From: Coriobacteriia bacterium
Lineage (GTDB): Bacteria > Actinomycetota > Coriobacteriia > Coriobacteriales > RUG033
DNA length: 64,000 nucleotides
Direction of reading: 5' to 3'
Assembly: GCA_015655215.1 (NCBI GenBank)
Contig: JAATFL010000013.1
Coordinates: 371-64,370 of the forward strand
Shown here piece after piece: positions 45,419 through 55,579 of the stretch. The notes beneath the pieces are model-generated. The model worked only from the letters and a program-made list of their open reading frames with translations, ran no database searches and was not told where the DNA came from. How positions within the stretch are numbered: the stretch's first letter is position 1; each line of letters opens with the position of its first letter. The position numbers and the translations under genes were made by a program.

Positions 45419-45650
45419 GATCTCCTCGACTTCCCTCTACGGTTTCGATACGGCGATGTGCCGGTAGGATGCCTGCGGTGTCCCCTCACGCTCCCCGTAT
45501 GTCCGGCGTGTTCAGAGTCGCGCCTGCGGGCATCTTCTTCATCTGCCGTTTTGTCGGAAAGTTCTCTACCGTTTTGGGGGAGATTGCCCCAACGGCGGGC
45601 TTTGCCGAGCATGAGAGGTGGATAAAGGAAGCGAATCATACGACAATGTC

Positions 45651-47195
45651 ATGAATCGCATTGGCGGGATTGGCGACGGGGATGTCACGGTCAACGGATG
45701 TGGGATGGGGTACGGACAACATATGCCATATGGGAATGGGACACAGCATCCATGGTCATCGGACCTGCTGGTGGCTATCGGCTCGGCGATGATATGGGCA
45801 TGGGGATACCTCATCTTCCTGAGTCCCGTCCTGTATCTGGGTGGAGGCGCGGTCTTCTCCAACGTCGAAGGAGCGTATCTGGTGGCACAGGCGGTCACCT
45901 GCCTGCTGGCGCTCATGTTGTTCATGTGGCTCAAGCGGTGGCCCGTGTCGGTGCCACCTTCGACGCTCTTGCTCTGCGGGATCGCCGCTTCCATCTCCAC
46001 GGGGGTCCTCGCCGTGTCCAACCAGGGCGATGTGGCGCTTGGGTGGATATGCGGTATCGTCGACGCATCGACGATACTCTTGATCGTGGCTGCCTGGGGG
46101 GCTCGCTACATCCTTGCCTCAAGGCACATCATGGTCATCGTCACGGTCTCGTTCGTGATCTCCTATCTCCTCTACTTTGGCGTTCAACTGCTGGCTTTTC
46201 GCGTAGCCGTCATGCTCGTCGTCGCTTTCCCGACCCTCTCGGTTCTTCTCTGGCTGATCGATGCCCACACCCGGCATACGATGACCTCGGCGGTGTTTCC
46301 CGCCAGGGGGGTTGGTGAAGACAAGTTCCCAGGTGAGGTCACCGCTGGTGTCTTCGATCCCTCGATACTCCCCTGGAGGACCTTGGGCATCGTCGTCATA
46401 GCTGCATTGCTTGGCAACATGCTGAGCGTCATCATCGTGAATTTTGACGATGGTATCGGGAGCGCCGTGTTCACGGGTGGCTTCATCTGCAGCGGGTGCC
46501 TATGCGTGATGCTGCTTGCACTCCTACTCGACAGGAGGCGCGAGATCCAAATCGAGAGCGTCGGTCGGATCATGTTGCCTCTCGCCGTCCTCGGTTTGCT
46601 GTTCATACTCGTCTTCAACCGAAGCGGCATGGGTATCAGTGCCTCGTTGGTCATGGGTAGTGCGCTGTTCTTGCAGACGCTGGTCATCCTGGAAATCACG
46701 GAGTCCACTCGGGAGAATGGGATGTCCCCGCTCTTTTCCTTCGCCATCGGCCAAGGGCTGATCAGTTTCGTCATCTTCTTTGGGAATATCATGGGTAGGC
46801 TGGCGGCTCTTTTCGTGGGTACCGATATGTTCTATCTCGAGATCATCTGTGCGGTGGGCGTGTTCGTCCTCAGCGTGATACCGGTACTGAGAGGATCCGA
46901 ACGGCATCCATCCCCCGTCCCTATGAACCCTGCCGATATGATGGCGAGAGAGGCAAGGGAGGACCCACCCCTTGGCTCCGCGTACCGCAATCGGGTAGAG
47001 GAGCTTGCTCGTACGGCGAACCTGACACCCAAGGAGTCAGAGGTGCTGGGCTACCTCGGCCGAGGGCGCAGCATGTCCTATACCGCAGATAAGCTCTATG
47101 TCACGACGGGCACCGTGAAGTCCCACACCACCCATATCTACCGCAAGCTCGGTGTCAACTCTCGACAGGAACTCCTCGATCTTCTCGAACGATGA
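45651..47195 (+). CDS. Polytopic-membrane LuxR-family transcriptional regulator
   Basis: Multiple TM helices. C-terminal LTPKESEVLGYLGRGRSMSYTADKLYVTTGTVKSHTTHIYRKLGV. The start is uncertain: GTG 45618, ATG 45651 or a later ATG. Confidence 0.8.
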   Translation: MNRIGGIGDGDVTVNGCGMGYGQHMPYGNGTQHPWSSDLLVAIGSAMIWAWGYLIFLSPVLYLGGGAVFSNVEGAYLVAQAVTCLLALMLFMWLKRWPVSVPPSTLLLCGIAASISTGVLAVSNQGDVALGWICGIVDASTILLIVAAWGARYILASRHIMVIVTVSFVISYLLYFGVQLLAFRVAVMLVVAFPTLSVLLWLIDAHTRHTMTSAVFPARGVGEDKFPGEVTAGVFDPSILPWRTLGIVVIAALLGNMLSVIIVNFDDGIGSAVFTGGFICSGCLCVMLLALLLDRRREIQIESVGRIMLPLAVLGLLFILVFNRSGMGISASLVMGSALFLQTLVILEITESTRENGMSPLFSFAIGQGLISFVIFFGNIMGRLAALFVGTDMFYLEIICAVGVFVLSVIPVLRGSERHPSPVPMNPADMMAREAREDPPLGSAYRNRVEELARTANLTPKESEVLGYLGRGRSMSYTADKLYVTTGTVKSHTTHIYRKLGVNSRQELLDLLER

Positions 47196-47276
47196 TGCTG
47201 GCATCACCCGATCTGGGAAACGTCCCATCGTGTCTCGTCGGTGCCGAAGCGCTGACCCGTCACGTGCTTGCCGGCC

Positions 47277-47318
47277 ATCGAAAGCACCCCGGTCATTGAG
47301 TGCCGGGGTGCTTTCGAT
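47277..47318. terminator. Perfect 16-bp hairpin ATCGAAAGCACCCCGG-(10 nt)-CCGGGGTGCTTTCGAT between convergent genes
   Basis: Read directly. Lies between the stop at 47195 (+) and the stop at 47348 (-). Confidence 0.5.
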
Positions 47319-47347
47319 ACGTCGATACGCTCAGATGCGACGCGTCG

Positions 47348-49030
47348 CTATTCCCACGTGACAGGGTTGGAGTACGCGTCCTTCTTCGTGTTGCCGAAGA
47401 GCGTCGAGGCGATGTGCTCGGCGGCGAGCTTCCCCGAGTACGCGCACCAGCATTGCTTCGATCCCTCGCAGATGCCCACGTCGTAGGAGTCGCCCTCGAG
47501 CCCTCCCGCATCGCAACCGGTGGCGTACATCCCGACGATGGGGTCATCGTCCTCGTTCAGGACCTGGATGCAGTCGTTGACGAGCAGGCCGCCCACGGTC
47601 GTGAACACGCCGGGGACAAGCTCGAATGCATAGTAGGGTCCGTCGGCGTCGTTGAGGGGGCGCAGGTATATGGCAGGTTTGTCGAAGTCGCCGTCAGTAC
47701 CAGACGCGCAGTAGCCGTTGTACGTGTCGACGGTCTCCTTGAGCGTGGCGGCATCGAGGCCGGCCAAGCCGGCAAGCTCGGCGATGCTGTCCGCAGTCCA
47801 CATGTACTTGTTACCTGCCTTGACCTGTGCCTGGTACTCGCTCCACATCGATGAGCCGGTGGCTGAACCATCGAGCTTCGTGCCATCGAGGATGTAGGCA
47901 CCGCAGCCATAGATGCAGCCGTCCGTCACGAAGGAGTCCATCTGGGCCTTGGTCAGGATGGAGACCACCCGTTTCTGCGCCGATTGCCCATTGCCGGAGA
48001 AGGAGAAGTTGTGCTCGGCGTACTCCTCGTCGATGAAACGCTCCGCGTTCTCGTTGACCCAGAACAGGGGCTGGAAGGCCGTCGCGCAGTAGAGTTCGCC
48101 TCCATAGACGAGTCCGGGCAGGCAGCCGCCGTACCACATCGCGGCGCCGGGGTAGCGGCAGAGCTTGGCACCGTTGTCCCGACCCATGTTGAGGCCGTCG
48201 CCGGTGCGGTGCCCCATGCCATCGGACTGGTACTCTCCATCGCCAAAGCCCACGAGCTCCTTGAAGAGGGTGCCGTTGTCTGCGTATCCGCCGGTCGCAT
48301 AGACGACGGAGGACGTGGTGATCTCGGTGTACTCGTCGCTCGAGGTGTCCTTGCAGATCACCGACGCGACCTTCCCATCGGCGTCGAGCGTGGTCCCCAG
48401 CGCCTCGGTCTGCCAGTACATGGTGATCTTGTCGGCATAGGTCGTGGTGCAGAGGTCGCTCCAGTGCTGGATGTATTGGGATCCGGAAAGCGTGCCTTGC
48501 GGGTGCGCGTACATGGTCCACGTGTGATAGGTGTTGCCGCTCATGGTGCTTGGCGCGGTGAACTCGTGGCCCATGGATTCAAGCCAGTCGAGGTTGTTGG
48601 ACGACTGCACCAGCATCTGCTGGATGATGTGTCCGTTGGGTAGCCAGTGGTGATAGTCCATGATCTTATGGACGAGCAGGTTGGTCGCTATGTCGATGGA
48701 TGGATCGGCCTTGTGAAAGTGCGAGTGGATCGTGGTCATACCCTCGGTGCAGATCGTCGTGCCACCGATGACGTTCGTGATCTCGACGAGCGCCACGTCG
48801 AGGCCAAGCTGCGCAGCGCGTACCGCGGCCGAGCATCCAGCACCACCGGCGCCAACGACCACGACATCCGCTTCGGTCTTCTTCGAGATGTCATAGGTCG
48901 TCGCGTTCGTGGCCGAGTTCGCCGAGGTCCCCGAGGTGCTGCAACCTGTCAGACCTGCTCCCAGGGAAAGAGCCGTGCCGGTGACGCCTGCCGCTGCGAT
49001 GAAGTCCCGTCGTGAAAGTTCCCGTGACAT
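47348..49030 (-). CDS. Tat-exported FAD-dependent oxidoreductase, fumarate-reductase/flavocytochrome-c flavoprotein family (predicted lipoprotein)
   Basis: SD GGAAGAGGGG. SRRDFIAAAG signal followed by lipobox LTGC. DVVVVGAGGAG. Confidence 0.9.
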   Translation of the reverse strand: MSRELSRRDFIAAAGVTGTALSLGAGLTGCSTSGTSANSATNATTYDISKKTEADVVVVGAGGAGCSAAVRAAQLGLDVALVEITNVIGGTTICTEGMTTIHSHFHKADPSIDIATNLLVHKIMDYHHWLPNGHIIQQMLVQSSNNLDWLESMGHEFTAPSTMSGNTYHTWTMYAHPQGTLSGSQYIQHWSDLCTTTYADKITMYWQTEALGTTLDADGKVASVICKDTSSDEYTEITTSSVVYATGGYADNGTLFKELVGFGDGEYQSDGMGHRTGDGLNMGRDNGAKLCRYPGAAMWYGGCLPGLVYGGELYCATAFQPLFWVNENAERFIDEEYAEHNFSFSGNGQSAQKRVVSILTKAQMDSFVTDGCIYGCGAYILDGTKLDGSATGSSMWSEYQAQVKAGNKYMWTADSIAELAGLAGLDAATLKETVDTYNGYCASGTDGDFDKPAIYLRPLNDADGPYYAFELVPGVFTTVGGLLVNDCIQVLNEDDDPIVGMYATGCDAGGLEGDSYDVGICEGSKQCWCAYSGKLAAEHIASTLFGNTKKDAYSNPVTWE

Positions 49031-49174
49031 GGATCCCCTCTTCCTTTGTCGTGCCGGCGCCCATGGCCGGCATCCCTAACCGATGTCGAGGGGCATGGTC
49101 GTGTCGCCCCTTGACTGATGGTAAGATAGGGTTCATGTTCCAAGCTGCCTATCGGGGAAAAGGGTCTGAATCTT

Positions 49175-49217
49175 CCAATTCTTGATATCGACCAAAGCGG
49201 TCGATGCCAAGAATTGG
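49175..49217. promoter_or_regulatory. 43-bp near-perfect palindrome (17/19 arm matches) in the reductase/LuxR divergent intergenic region
   Basis: CCAATTCTTGATATCGACC-AAAGC-GGTCGATGCCAAGAATTGG, ending 38 nt upstream of the LuxR ATG at 49255. Candidate operator or leader hairpin. Confidence 0.35.
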
Positions 49218-49254
49218 AGGGGCACGTCTCATGGCCCTAGGGGGAGGGGAGTCG

Positions 49255-50700
49255 ATGGGGGATACGAGAAGGTCTCGACTGCTCGCGTCTGACAGCGGGG
49301 ACGAGAAACACTCCGCGCTGAGGACGCGTGTCTGGGAGCTCTTCGGATTTGGAACGCAGTACGCATGGTTGCTGTGCGTGGTGTTCGGGTCGAACCTCTA
49401 TGCCTACGGTGGTGATGGCGACTGGGCGTGCAAGGCTCGCCTCGGGACCATCGTCGGCATGTGCGTCACCTATCTCGGTTTCTTTCTCTTGCGTAAGCGC
49501 ATACCGCTTGTGAGGATCAACCGGCCCCTGGTCGTGAGCGCCGGGATACTGGGAGGGCTGGGGACCATGTTGCTGGTGGTGCCCTCTGCGGGTCCGCAGT
49601 CATACGCCATACTCGGGGTGGCCTCGCTCCTCTCGGGGTACTGCTGTGCGGTGATGATGCTCGAGGGCAACATACTCTGGGCAAACTACCGTCCCGAGCG
49701 GGCGATGATGCACATCGCCCCCTCGACGCTCCTGTCCGTCATCTTCTACTACCTCCTCGCCACAGCCCCCGTCTTCATCGCCGTTCCCGTCATCTGCGTT
49801 CTTCCGTTGGTCGGGGGGCTCATCCTCACGTTCTCCCATCACAGCAGGTCGCGTGCGGGGAGCTATCGCAAGTCCGAGGAGGCGAGGAACCTCGAACGGC
49901 GCCTGATCATCTTCATCGCATGCTTTGCCCTCGTCATCGGGTGCGTGTTCGGGCTCATGGCGAAGAGTGACTATCCGGCATTCAGATATCTGACGAACCT
50001 CGCCTTCGCTGGCATCGCCGCGGCATCATCCGTGGCGTTCGTCCTCGCCATGCGAAGGACTCCTCCACGCTTCCTGGAATCCCTCGATTGCGTGGCGACC
50101 CCCTCGATGACCATCGGCCTGATCCTTCTGCTCTTGTTGGGAGATGACCTTCTCTGGATCGGGTTCGCCTGCGTCTTGTTCGGCTATATCCTCGAGGACC
50201 TATGCCTGTGGCTCTTGAATGCGGAGCTGGTCTTTCGGATGCGGAAATCGACTTCGGAGCTTCTCGCCCGATCGGCTTTCGTGCAATGGGGTGCCATGGC
50301 GATCGGCTTTCTCATAGGGTGCGGCACGGGGGCCAACCACCTTGTTCCCGTGTTGGCGAGTCAAGGGGTCGTCGTGGGGCTTTGCGCCATCGTGCTTATC
50401 ATCGTCAGAAGCTTCGTGTTCACCAGGCAGGATGCGATCTGGGCCATCGAGGCGCGCACCGCGCATTCGAGCGAGGATATCCTCCAGGAGGCGTATGCCA
50501 TCATCGCCGAGCGCTATGCCCTTTCGGCACGGGAGACCGACGTCTTCGAGCTGATGGCCCGCGGTCGCAGCGGGAGCTACATACAGGCCGAGCTGTCGCT
50601 GAGCGAGTCGACGGTAAAGACCCATACCCGTAACATATATCGCAAGATCGGCGTGAACGGCAAGCAGGACCTCATCGACCTGGTCATGCGCGAGTGCTGA
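49255..50700 (+). CDS. Polytopic-membrane LuxR-family transcriptional regulator
   Basis: ATG 49255 follows GGGGGAGGGGAG. N-terminal WELFGFGTQYAWLLCVVFGSNLY, a close paralogue of the regulator at 19659. C-terminal LSARETDVFELMARGRSGSYIQAELSLSESTVKTHTRNIYRKIGV. Confidence 0.85.
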   Translation: MGDTRRSRLLASDSGDEKHSALRTRVWELFGFGTQYAWLLCVVFGSNLYAYGGDGDWACKARLGTIVGMCVTYLGFFLLRKRIPLVRINRPLVVSAGILGGLGTMLLVVPSAGPQSYAILGVASLLSGYCCAVMMLEGNILWANYRPERAMMHIAPSTLLSVIFYYLLATAPVFIAVPVICVLPLVGGLILTFSHHSRSRAGSYRKSEEARNLERRLIIFIACFALVIGCVFGLMAKSDYPAFRYLTNLAFAGIAAASSVAFVLAMRRTPPRFLESLDCVATPSMTIGLILLLLLGDDLLWIGFACVLFGYILEDLCLWLLNAELVFRMRKSTSELLARSAFVQWGAMAIGFLIGCGTGANHLVPVLASQGVVVGLCAIVLIIVRSFVFTRQDAIWAIEARTAHSSEDILQEAYAIIAERYALSARETDVFELMARGRSGSYIQAELSLSESTVKTHTRNIYRKIGVNGKQDLIDLVMREC

Positions 50701-50850
50701 GCGAGAAGACGGACGGCACGATAGGACTCGTCGCGGTCCTCCGAGGGACGGCTTGCCCATCGACGGGGTGGTATGTGCGCCGAGAAACGATTTGGCGTCC
50801 CTTTCCCTACCCACTTGGCACGTGTCGGTTGTCGGGCTATCGTGGCGCCC

Positions 50851-51519
50851 ATGGATTCATCAGCCTTGCTCATAGCGCTTTACGCGACACTGCTCCTCCC
50901 CTTGGCCCTCGTCGCCGTCGGTCTTGTCGTCGGGGCGTTGACCTCGGTCGTCGACAGCGTGCTATCGGTGGTTCTCGGACCTCTCATCTATCGGGGAGGG
51001 GGCACGCTCTTCCTCCCCGGCGTGATCATGCACGAGTTGGCGCATGCGGTCTTCCTGTTCGTCACGGGCGCCAAGATCGGCGCGATCGTCGTGCGGGCCG
51101 ATAGCCGTCACCCATGGACGCTGTATCGCCTTCGAGGCGTGCCACTCTCCGACGGGGCGAGCCGTCACTGCACGGGGTATGTGTTGTTCAGCCTCCGCGG
51201 TCCTTTTCTCCTCAAATCGTTTCAACGAGTGCTCGGCTCCGCCGCCCCAACCGTGGTGGGGATACTGTGCATGGGTGGGATCGTCGGTCTTGCCATCACG
51301 TACTGCACCACGTGGTGGCAGTACGTGATCTGCATATACCTGTTCGTCTGCGCGCTGAACGGGTCGGGCATGTCCACCCTCGACGTCAAGGACATGCTGC
51401 CCGGCTTACCGGTGTGCCTCATCGTCGTTTATGTGGTGCTGCTTGTCACGCAGTGCGACCCGTTTGCCGCATATCCTGCCATCGAGGCCATGCTGCCGGG
51501 AGTGGGCAGCGGGTTCTGA
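50851..51519 (+). CDS. Membrane protein with HExxH motif (putative zincin-like membrane peptidase, DUF3267-like)
   Basis: MHELAHAV motif follows the first TM helix, with 4-5 further TM helices. ATG 50851 was chosen and its SD is weak. Confidence 0.6.
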   Translation: MDSSALLIALYATLLLPLALVAVGLVVGALTSVVDSVLSVVLGPLIYRGGGTLFLPGVIMHELAHAVFLFVTGAKIGAIVVRADSRHPWTLYRLRGVPLSDGASRHCTGYVLFSLRGPFLLKSFQRVLGSAAPTVVGILCMGGIVGLAITYCTTWWQYVICIYLFVCALNGSGMSTLDVKDMLPGLPVCLIVVYVVLLVTQCDPFAAYPAIEAMLPGVGSGF

Positions 51520-51525
51520 GGGACG

Positions 51526-51969
51526 TCAGGGACTGTCCTCTTGCCGGGAATGGGCGGCGAGAAGGCCCGTCACCAGCTGTGCGACGCCAAGGACCATGTA
51601 GACGCCTGACAGCGTGTTGAAACCCCAGACGAAGGGAAGCATCTCAAACCCTGTCCAGAGGATCAGGGTGATGCCGAGGACGACACCGAATCGCTCTGCA
51701 TGGGGGCGATCGCGAATCAGGAGCCAGGCGCCCAGGAGGTTGGGGAGCGTGATGACGCACAGCAACGCCAGACCTGGGACGAACCAGCCACCGAGGGGTG
51801 CATGGAAGAGGTCTCCCACCATGGGTAGGCGCTGTAGGGGAGCCAGCAGCTGATGCATGCCGACGGCATCTGCGAAGAACCAGAGCATGATGACGCTGGG
51901 AATGCCGCTGACACCGAAGAAGAGACACCAGAAGATGGCAATCCCTCGCGTCACCCTTCTCTCCATCAT
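51526..51969 (-). CDS. Hypothetical small membrane protein (4 TM)
   Basis: 147-aa hydrophobic ORF with no recognisable motif. Confidence 0.55.
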   Translation of the reverse strand: MMERRVTRGIAIFWCLFFGVSGIPSVIMLWFFADAVGMHQLLAPLQRLPMVGDLFHAPLGGWFVPGLALLCVITLPNLLGAWLLIRDRPHAERFGVVLGITLILWTGFEMLPFVWGFNTLSGVYMVLGVAQLVTGLLAAHSRQEDSP

Positions 51970-52058
51970 CTCGTCCGTTCCATATCCTCTTGGTTGGGCA
52001 TCGTGCCGTTATGGTGCACGGCGGTAGGCGGGTTGCTCGGAGAAGACGTGTCTGCCCA

Positions 52059-52697
52059 TCAACCTCGAGTTATCGGATGGCGTATCACGGTCTTGAGCTT
52101 CTCAGGCTCGGTCCTTCTGGGATCGCCCAGGTATATCTCATGATGCCAGCGCGTGGCATCGATGTCGGTGACATACCCGCTGTCCTGGATGAATCGTGTC
52201 AGCAAGGCGACCGTTGCGGGTTCGTCGTCGAAGGGGCCGATGTGCATGATCTGCGCGCAGAGTCCCTCCTTCCATGAGACCAACCGGGCCGACGATGCGT
52301 CCAGGGCGGGCTTCTTCCTCGCGAGCGTCGCCTTGGCCGCCTCGAAGATCCCTTCGGTGACGAACTCCGGCTGCCGGATCATGGACGTCCAGCGAAAGCG
52401 GTCCTTGTCGATCGTGTCCATGCCGTCGAGGGCGAAGCCGTCCACCCACCACAGACCCTCGAGCGGTGGGACCACGTACTCGACGTAGCCCTCGGGTCGA
52501 GCACCACCTGTCTTGCTCATCTTTATGGAGTAGGACAACCCGTAGAGGAGTTCCACCGCGTCTCGATAGGATGCTGCCGTGTTGGGGTTGCCTTCGCCAT
52601 CTACCATGACGAAGAGCATCTCCGGCACGTCGACGATGCACGGTGCCGTGGGCATGTAGAACCGCTTGTACTCCTTCTTGTAGTCCAGTTTCTGCAT
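52059..52697 (-). CDS. GyrI-like small-molecule-binding domain protein
   Basis: ORF trimmed to MQKLDYKKEYK (ATG 52697). Family-typical FVMVDGEGNPNT...PPLEGLWW...HHEIYLGDPRR. Confidence 0.8.
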   Translation of the reverse strand: MQKLDYKKEYKRFYMPTAPCIVDVPEMLFVMVDGEGNPNTAASYRDAVELLYGLSYSIKMSKTGGARPEGYVEYVVPPLEGLWWVDGFALDGMDTIDKDRFRWTSMIRQPEFVTEGIFEAAKATLARKKPALDASSARLVSWKEGLCAQIMHIGPFDDEPATVALLTRFIQDSGYVTDIDATRWHHEIYLGDPRRTEPEKLKTVIRHPITRG

Positions 52698-53106
52698 GCT
52701 CGTCTCCCTCTGCTCGTCTGATGGATCCACGTGTGGTGCTCTTGATCCGTCCTCGGTGCCATCGATCGAGTTCATGCCGACAATCTGCATCTTAGCCTGA
52801 AATCTTCCCAGGCTCAAGCGTGCGGACTCGTGGCGACGCACCGCAACGGCGGGAACGTTCGCGGCGAGGTATCGCCATTCGTGCCACTTCGCCCGTCGTC
52901 GCACGGATGGTTTAGGAGTAAGGTGTAGGGGATATGGAGGTCTACATGATGGTGGAAGCGGGGTATGTCCGTCTACCTGTGCAAGATGGGGTTTGACGAG
53001 GGGGCGGGTCGTGGCTGAGACGAGAGGTCCAAACGGCAAGTCGACGAGAGCGCACGAGCATCACCCAGGGAGCGAACGGCGCGAACGCCCGAGCTACTCC
53101 AAGCGC

Positions 53107-54027
53107 ATGCCACGGCGGGGTCTTCAAGGTGTGTCCTCCAGCAGGTACGTCCTCATCGGTGTCGTCGCGGCGTTGTTGGCCGTGATGTTCGTGGGAGTTT
53201 TCTGCTGGCAGAGCGCCCAGGGTTCCCTCGGCACGGATTCGAAATCACAGAGGGGATTCGATACGCAGCCGACTGATCAGCAACAGCCAGCTGCTGCCGA
53301 TCCGTCGGAGGACGATGCCTCTCAGGCTGGGACGACCCCCGTTTCAGATCGGAGTGACTTCGCCGTCGACCCCACCAAGACCGACTGGAACTACAAGGCG
53401 AGTTCCGAGAAGGTCGTCTATCTCACGTTCGATGACGGTCCGTCGGCGAACACCCAGAAGATACTCGACATCCTCGATGCGTACGGTTGCAAGGCGACGT
53501 TCTTCGTGACCGGCATGAACCCCGACTACTTCAATATGATCAAGGTCGCATACGATGACGGCAACACCATCGGATTGCACACCTACACCCATGACTATGC
53601 GAAGGTCTACGCCTCGACCACCGCCTACTATGCGGACCTCGATAGGATAGGAGCCGTGGTGAAGGACCAGATCGGATACGTGCCGTGCTTCATCCGGTTC
53701 CCCGGGGGGTCGTCGAACACCGTCTCAGCCAGTTACACGAAGGGCATCATGACGACGCTTGCACAGGATACGGTCGCACGTGGGTACCAGTACTACGACT
53801 GGAACTGCAGCGCCGGTGACGGCTCCGAGCACACGGCCGATGAGCTGACGAGCTACGCGACGGATTGCGACTACGACAACATCATCCTGCTGTGCCATGA
53901 CGCGAACGGGAAGGACAGCACGGTGGAGGCCCTGCCTCGTATCATCGAGTACTATCGGAACCTGGGCTACACCTTCAAGGCCATCGACCGCACGAGCCTC
54001 GTGCCCCATCACAAGATCGCCAACTGA
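53107..54027 (+). CDS. Polysaccharide deacetylase (NodB-homology) with N-terminal membrane anchor
   Basis: TM helix VLIGVVAALLAVMFVGVF. NodB motifs TFDDGP, GLHTYTH and RFPGGS. Confidence 0.85.
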   Translation: MPRRGLQGVSSSRYVLIGVVAALLAVMFVGVFCWQSAQGSLGTDSKSQRGFDTQPTDQQQPAAADPSEDDASQAGTTPVSDRSDFAVDPTKTDWNYKASSEKVVYLTFDDGPSANTQKILDILDAYGCKATFFVTGMNPDYFNMIKVAYDDGNTIGLHTYTHDYAKVYASTTAYYADLDRIGAVVKDQIGYVPCFIRFPGGSSNTVSASYTKGIMTTLAQDTVARGYQYYDWNCSAGDGSEHTADELTSYATDCDYDNIILLCHDANGKDSTVEALPRIIEYYRNLGYTFKAIDRTSLVPHHKIAN

Positions 54028-54065
54028 TCCTGCATCGAGGAGAGTGCCATGCCCCTTCGCGCTTC

Positions 54066-55466
54066 CTAGAAATCCAACCGCAGCAGGCGCTCGATGGCGA
54101 GGATATACACCTTCATCGCGCGTTTGAGCAGATCCTCGCTCATGCCCTCGTTGGGGCCGTGCATGGTGCCGACCCAATCGGGCATGGGCCCGTCGGGCTC
54201 CTCGGGACCAAAGCTGGCAGCGTTCTCGAAGTGCCCGGCATAGGTCCCTCCACCCATGGTGAAGGGCTTGGCATCCTTCTTGCCCGTCACGTCGATGTAG
54301 GCGTTGAGCAGCGTCTGGATCTCCCTGCCCTCGGGGTCCACGTAGAAGGGTTTGGAGTCCTTGCCAGGCGTGTAGGTCCCGCCGATCCGCCCGATCCTCT
54401 CCGTGAGGCTCGCGGTGATCGTATCGCCGGTGATGGCAAGCGGGTAGCGGATGTTCACATTGAGCCTGAAGCGACCGTTCTCGATGCCGAGCATCCCCAC
54501 GATGCAGGTGAGAGGGCCAAAGATGTCGTCGTGGGCGGCGATGCCCATGGCAAAACCGTCCGTCGAGGTCCCGATGGTCCTCACGAAGTCGAAGAAGGGT
54601 ATCTCGTCCTTGTCGAGGACGTTGCCATCGAGCAGGTAAGCCGCCAGCTCGGCGATGGCGTTCACGGTACCCTGTGGCAGCGAGGCGTGTCCGCCGATGC
54701 CATGGGCCGTGATGCGCACGTGGTCGTCCTCCGCGGCAAGTTCGATGCCGTCAGCCGTGGGTAGGGTCGCGATGTCCGCATCGACGAGTGCGGTCGCTTT
54801 GTCGGGGATCACGTTTGACGCGATGCCGCAGTCAAGCTGGAGGACCGTGCCGTTTCGTATGGGAGCGCTGAGGAAATCGCCCGTGTAATGTCCCTTTTCC
54901 CCGTAGCACACGGGGAAGGTCGCATCGGGCGTGAAGAGGAATGCCGGACTGCCGTAGTGTTCGACGTAATAGGCCACGTCGCGCAGGTCGGTCTCCTCGT
55001 TCGAACCGACGATCATGCGTAGAGTGTAAGGGGCCCTGCCATCGCGCTCGGCAAAGAACTTCAACGCGTACAACCCCACCACCACAGGGCCCTTGTCGTC
55101 CAACGTCCCCCGGCCGAGAAGGTATCCCTCCCGGCGCACGACGGTGAAGGGATCGGTATCCCAGCTGTCGGCGACCGGCACCACGTCCACGTGCCCGATC
55201 ATCGCGATGACCTTGTCGCTCTCGCCAGGGAGGTCGGCGATGCCCACATACCCTTCGTCGTCTCTGACGCTGAAGCCGAGCCTCTTGGCGATGCCGAGGG
55301 CGCAGTGCATCGCGCGAAGTGGTTCGGTTCCGAACGGGGCACCGGGGGCGGGATCGCCCTCGATGCTGGGAATGGCGACGAGTCGCGTGATGTCGGCGAC
55401 GACCTCCTCCCAATTGGCATCGACGAACGCCTCGATCTCGGTCAGGGACGTCTCCTTTCTTCCCAT
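54066..55466 (-). CDS. M20-family dipeptidase (PepV/Sapep-like)
   Basis: Strong SD AGAAGGAGGAACC. Motifs GHVDVVP, GRGTLDDKGP, GSNEETD. Confidence 0.85.
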   Translation of the reverse strand: MGRKETSLTEIEAFVDANWEEVVADITRLVAIPSIEGDPAPGAPFGTEPLRAMHCALGIAKRLGFSVRDDEGYVGIADLPGESDKVIAMIGHVDVVPVADSWDTDPFTVVRREGYLLGRGTLDDKGPVVVGLYALKFFAERDGRAPYTLRMIVGSNEETDLRDVAYYVEHYGSPAFLFTPDATFPVCYGEKGHYTGDFLSAPIRNGTVLQLDCGIASNVIPDKATALVDADIATLPTADGIELAAEDDHVRITAHGIGGHASLPQGTVNAIAELAAYLLDGNVLDKDEIPFFDFVRTIGTSTDGFAMGIAAHDDIFGPLTCIVGMLGIENGRFRLNVNIRYPLAITGDTITASLTERIGRIGGTYTPGKDSKPFYVDPEGREIQTLLNAYIDVTGKKDAKPFTMGGGTYAGHFENAASFGPEEPDGPMPDWVGTMHGPNEGMSEDLLKRAMKVYILAIERLLRLDF

Positions 55467-55579
55467 GGTTCCTCCTTCTCTACGATGCAACGCGGCCGGA
55501 ATTTCCTCGATGGGTGTCATTCTACCTGGATACGATCGCATGGATACTCGAGTGTCCTCCCTCCTGATGTGTCAGGGGG

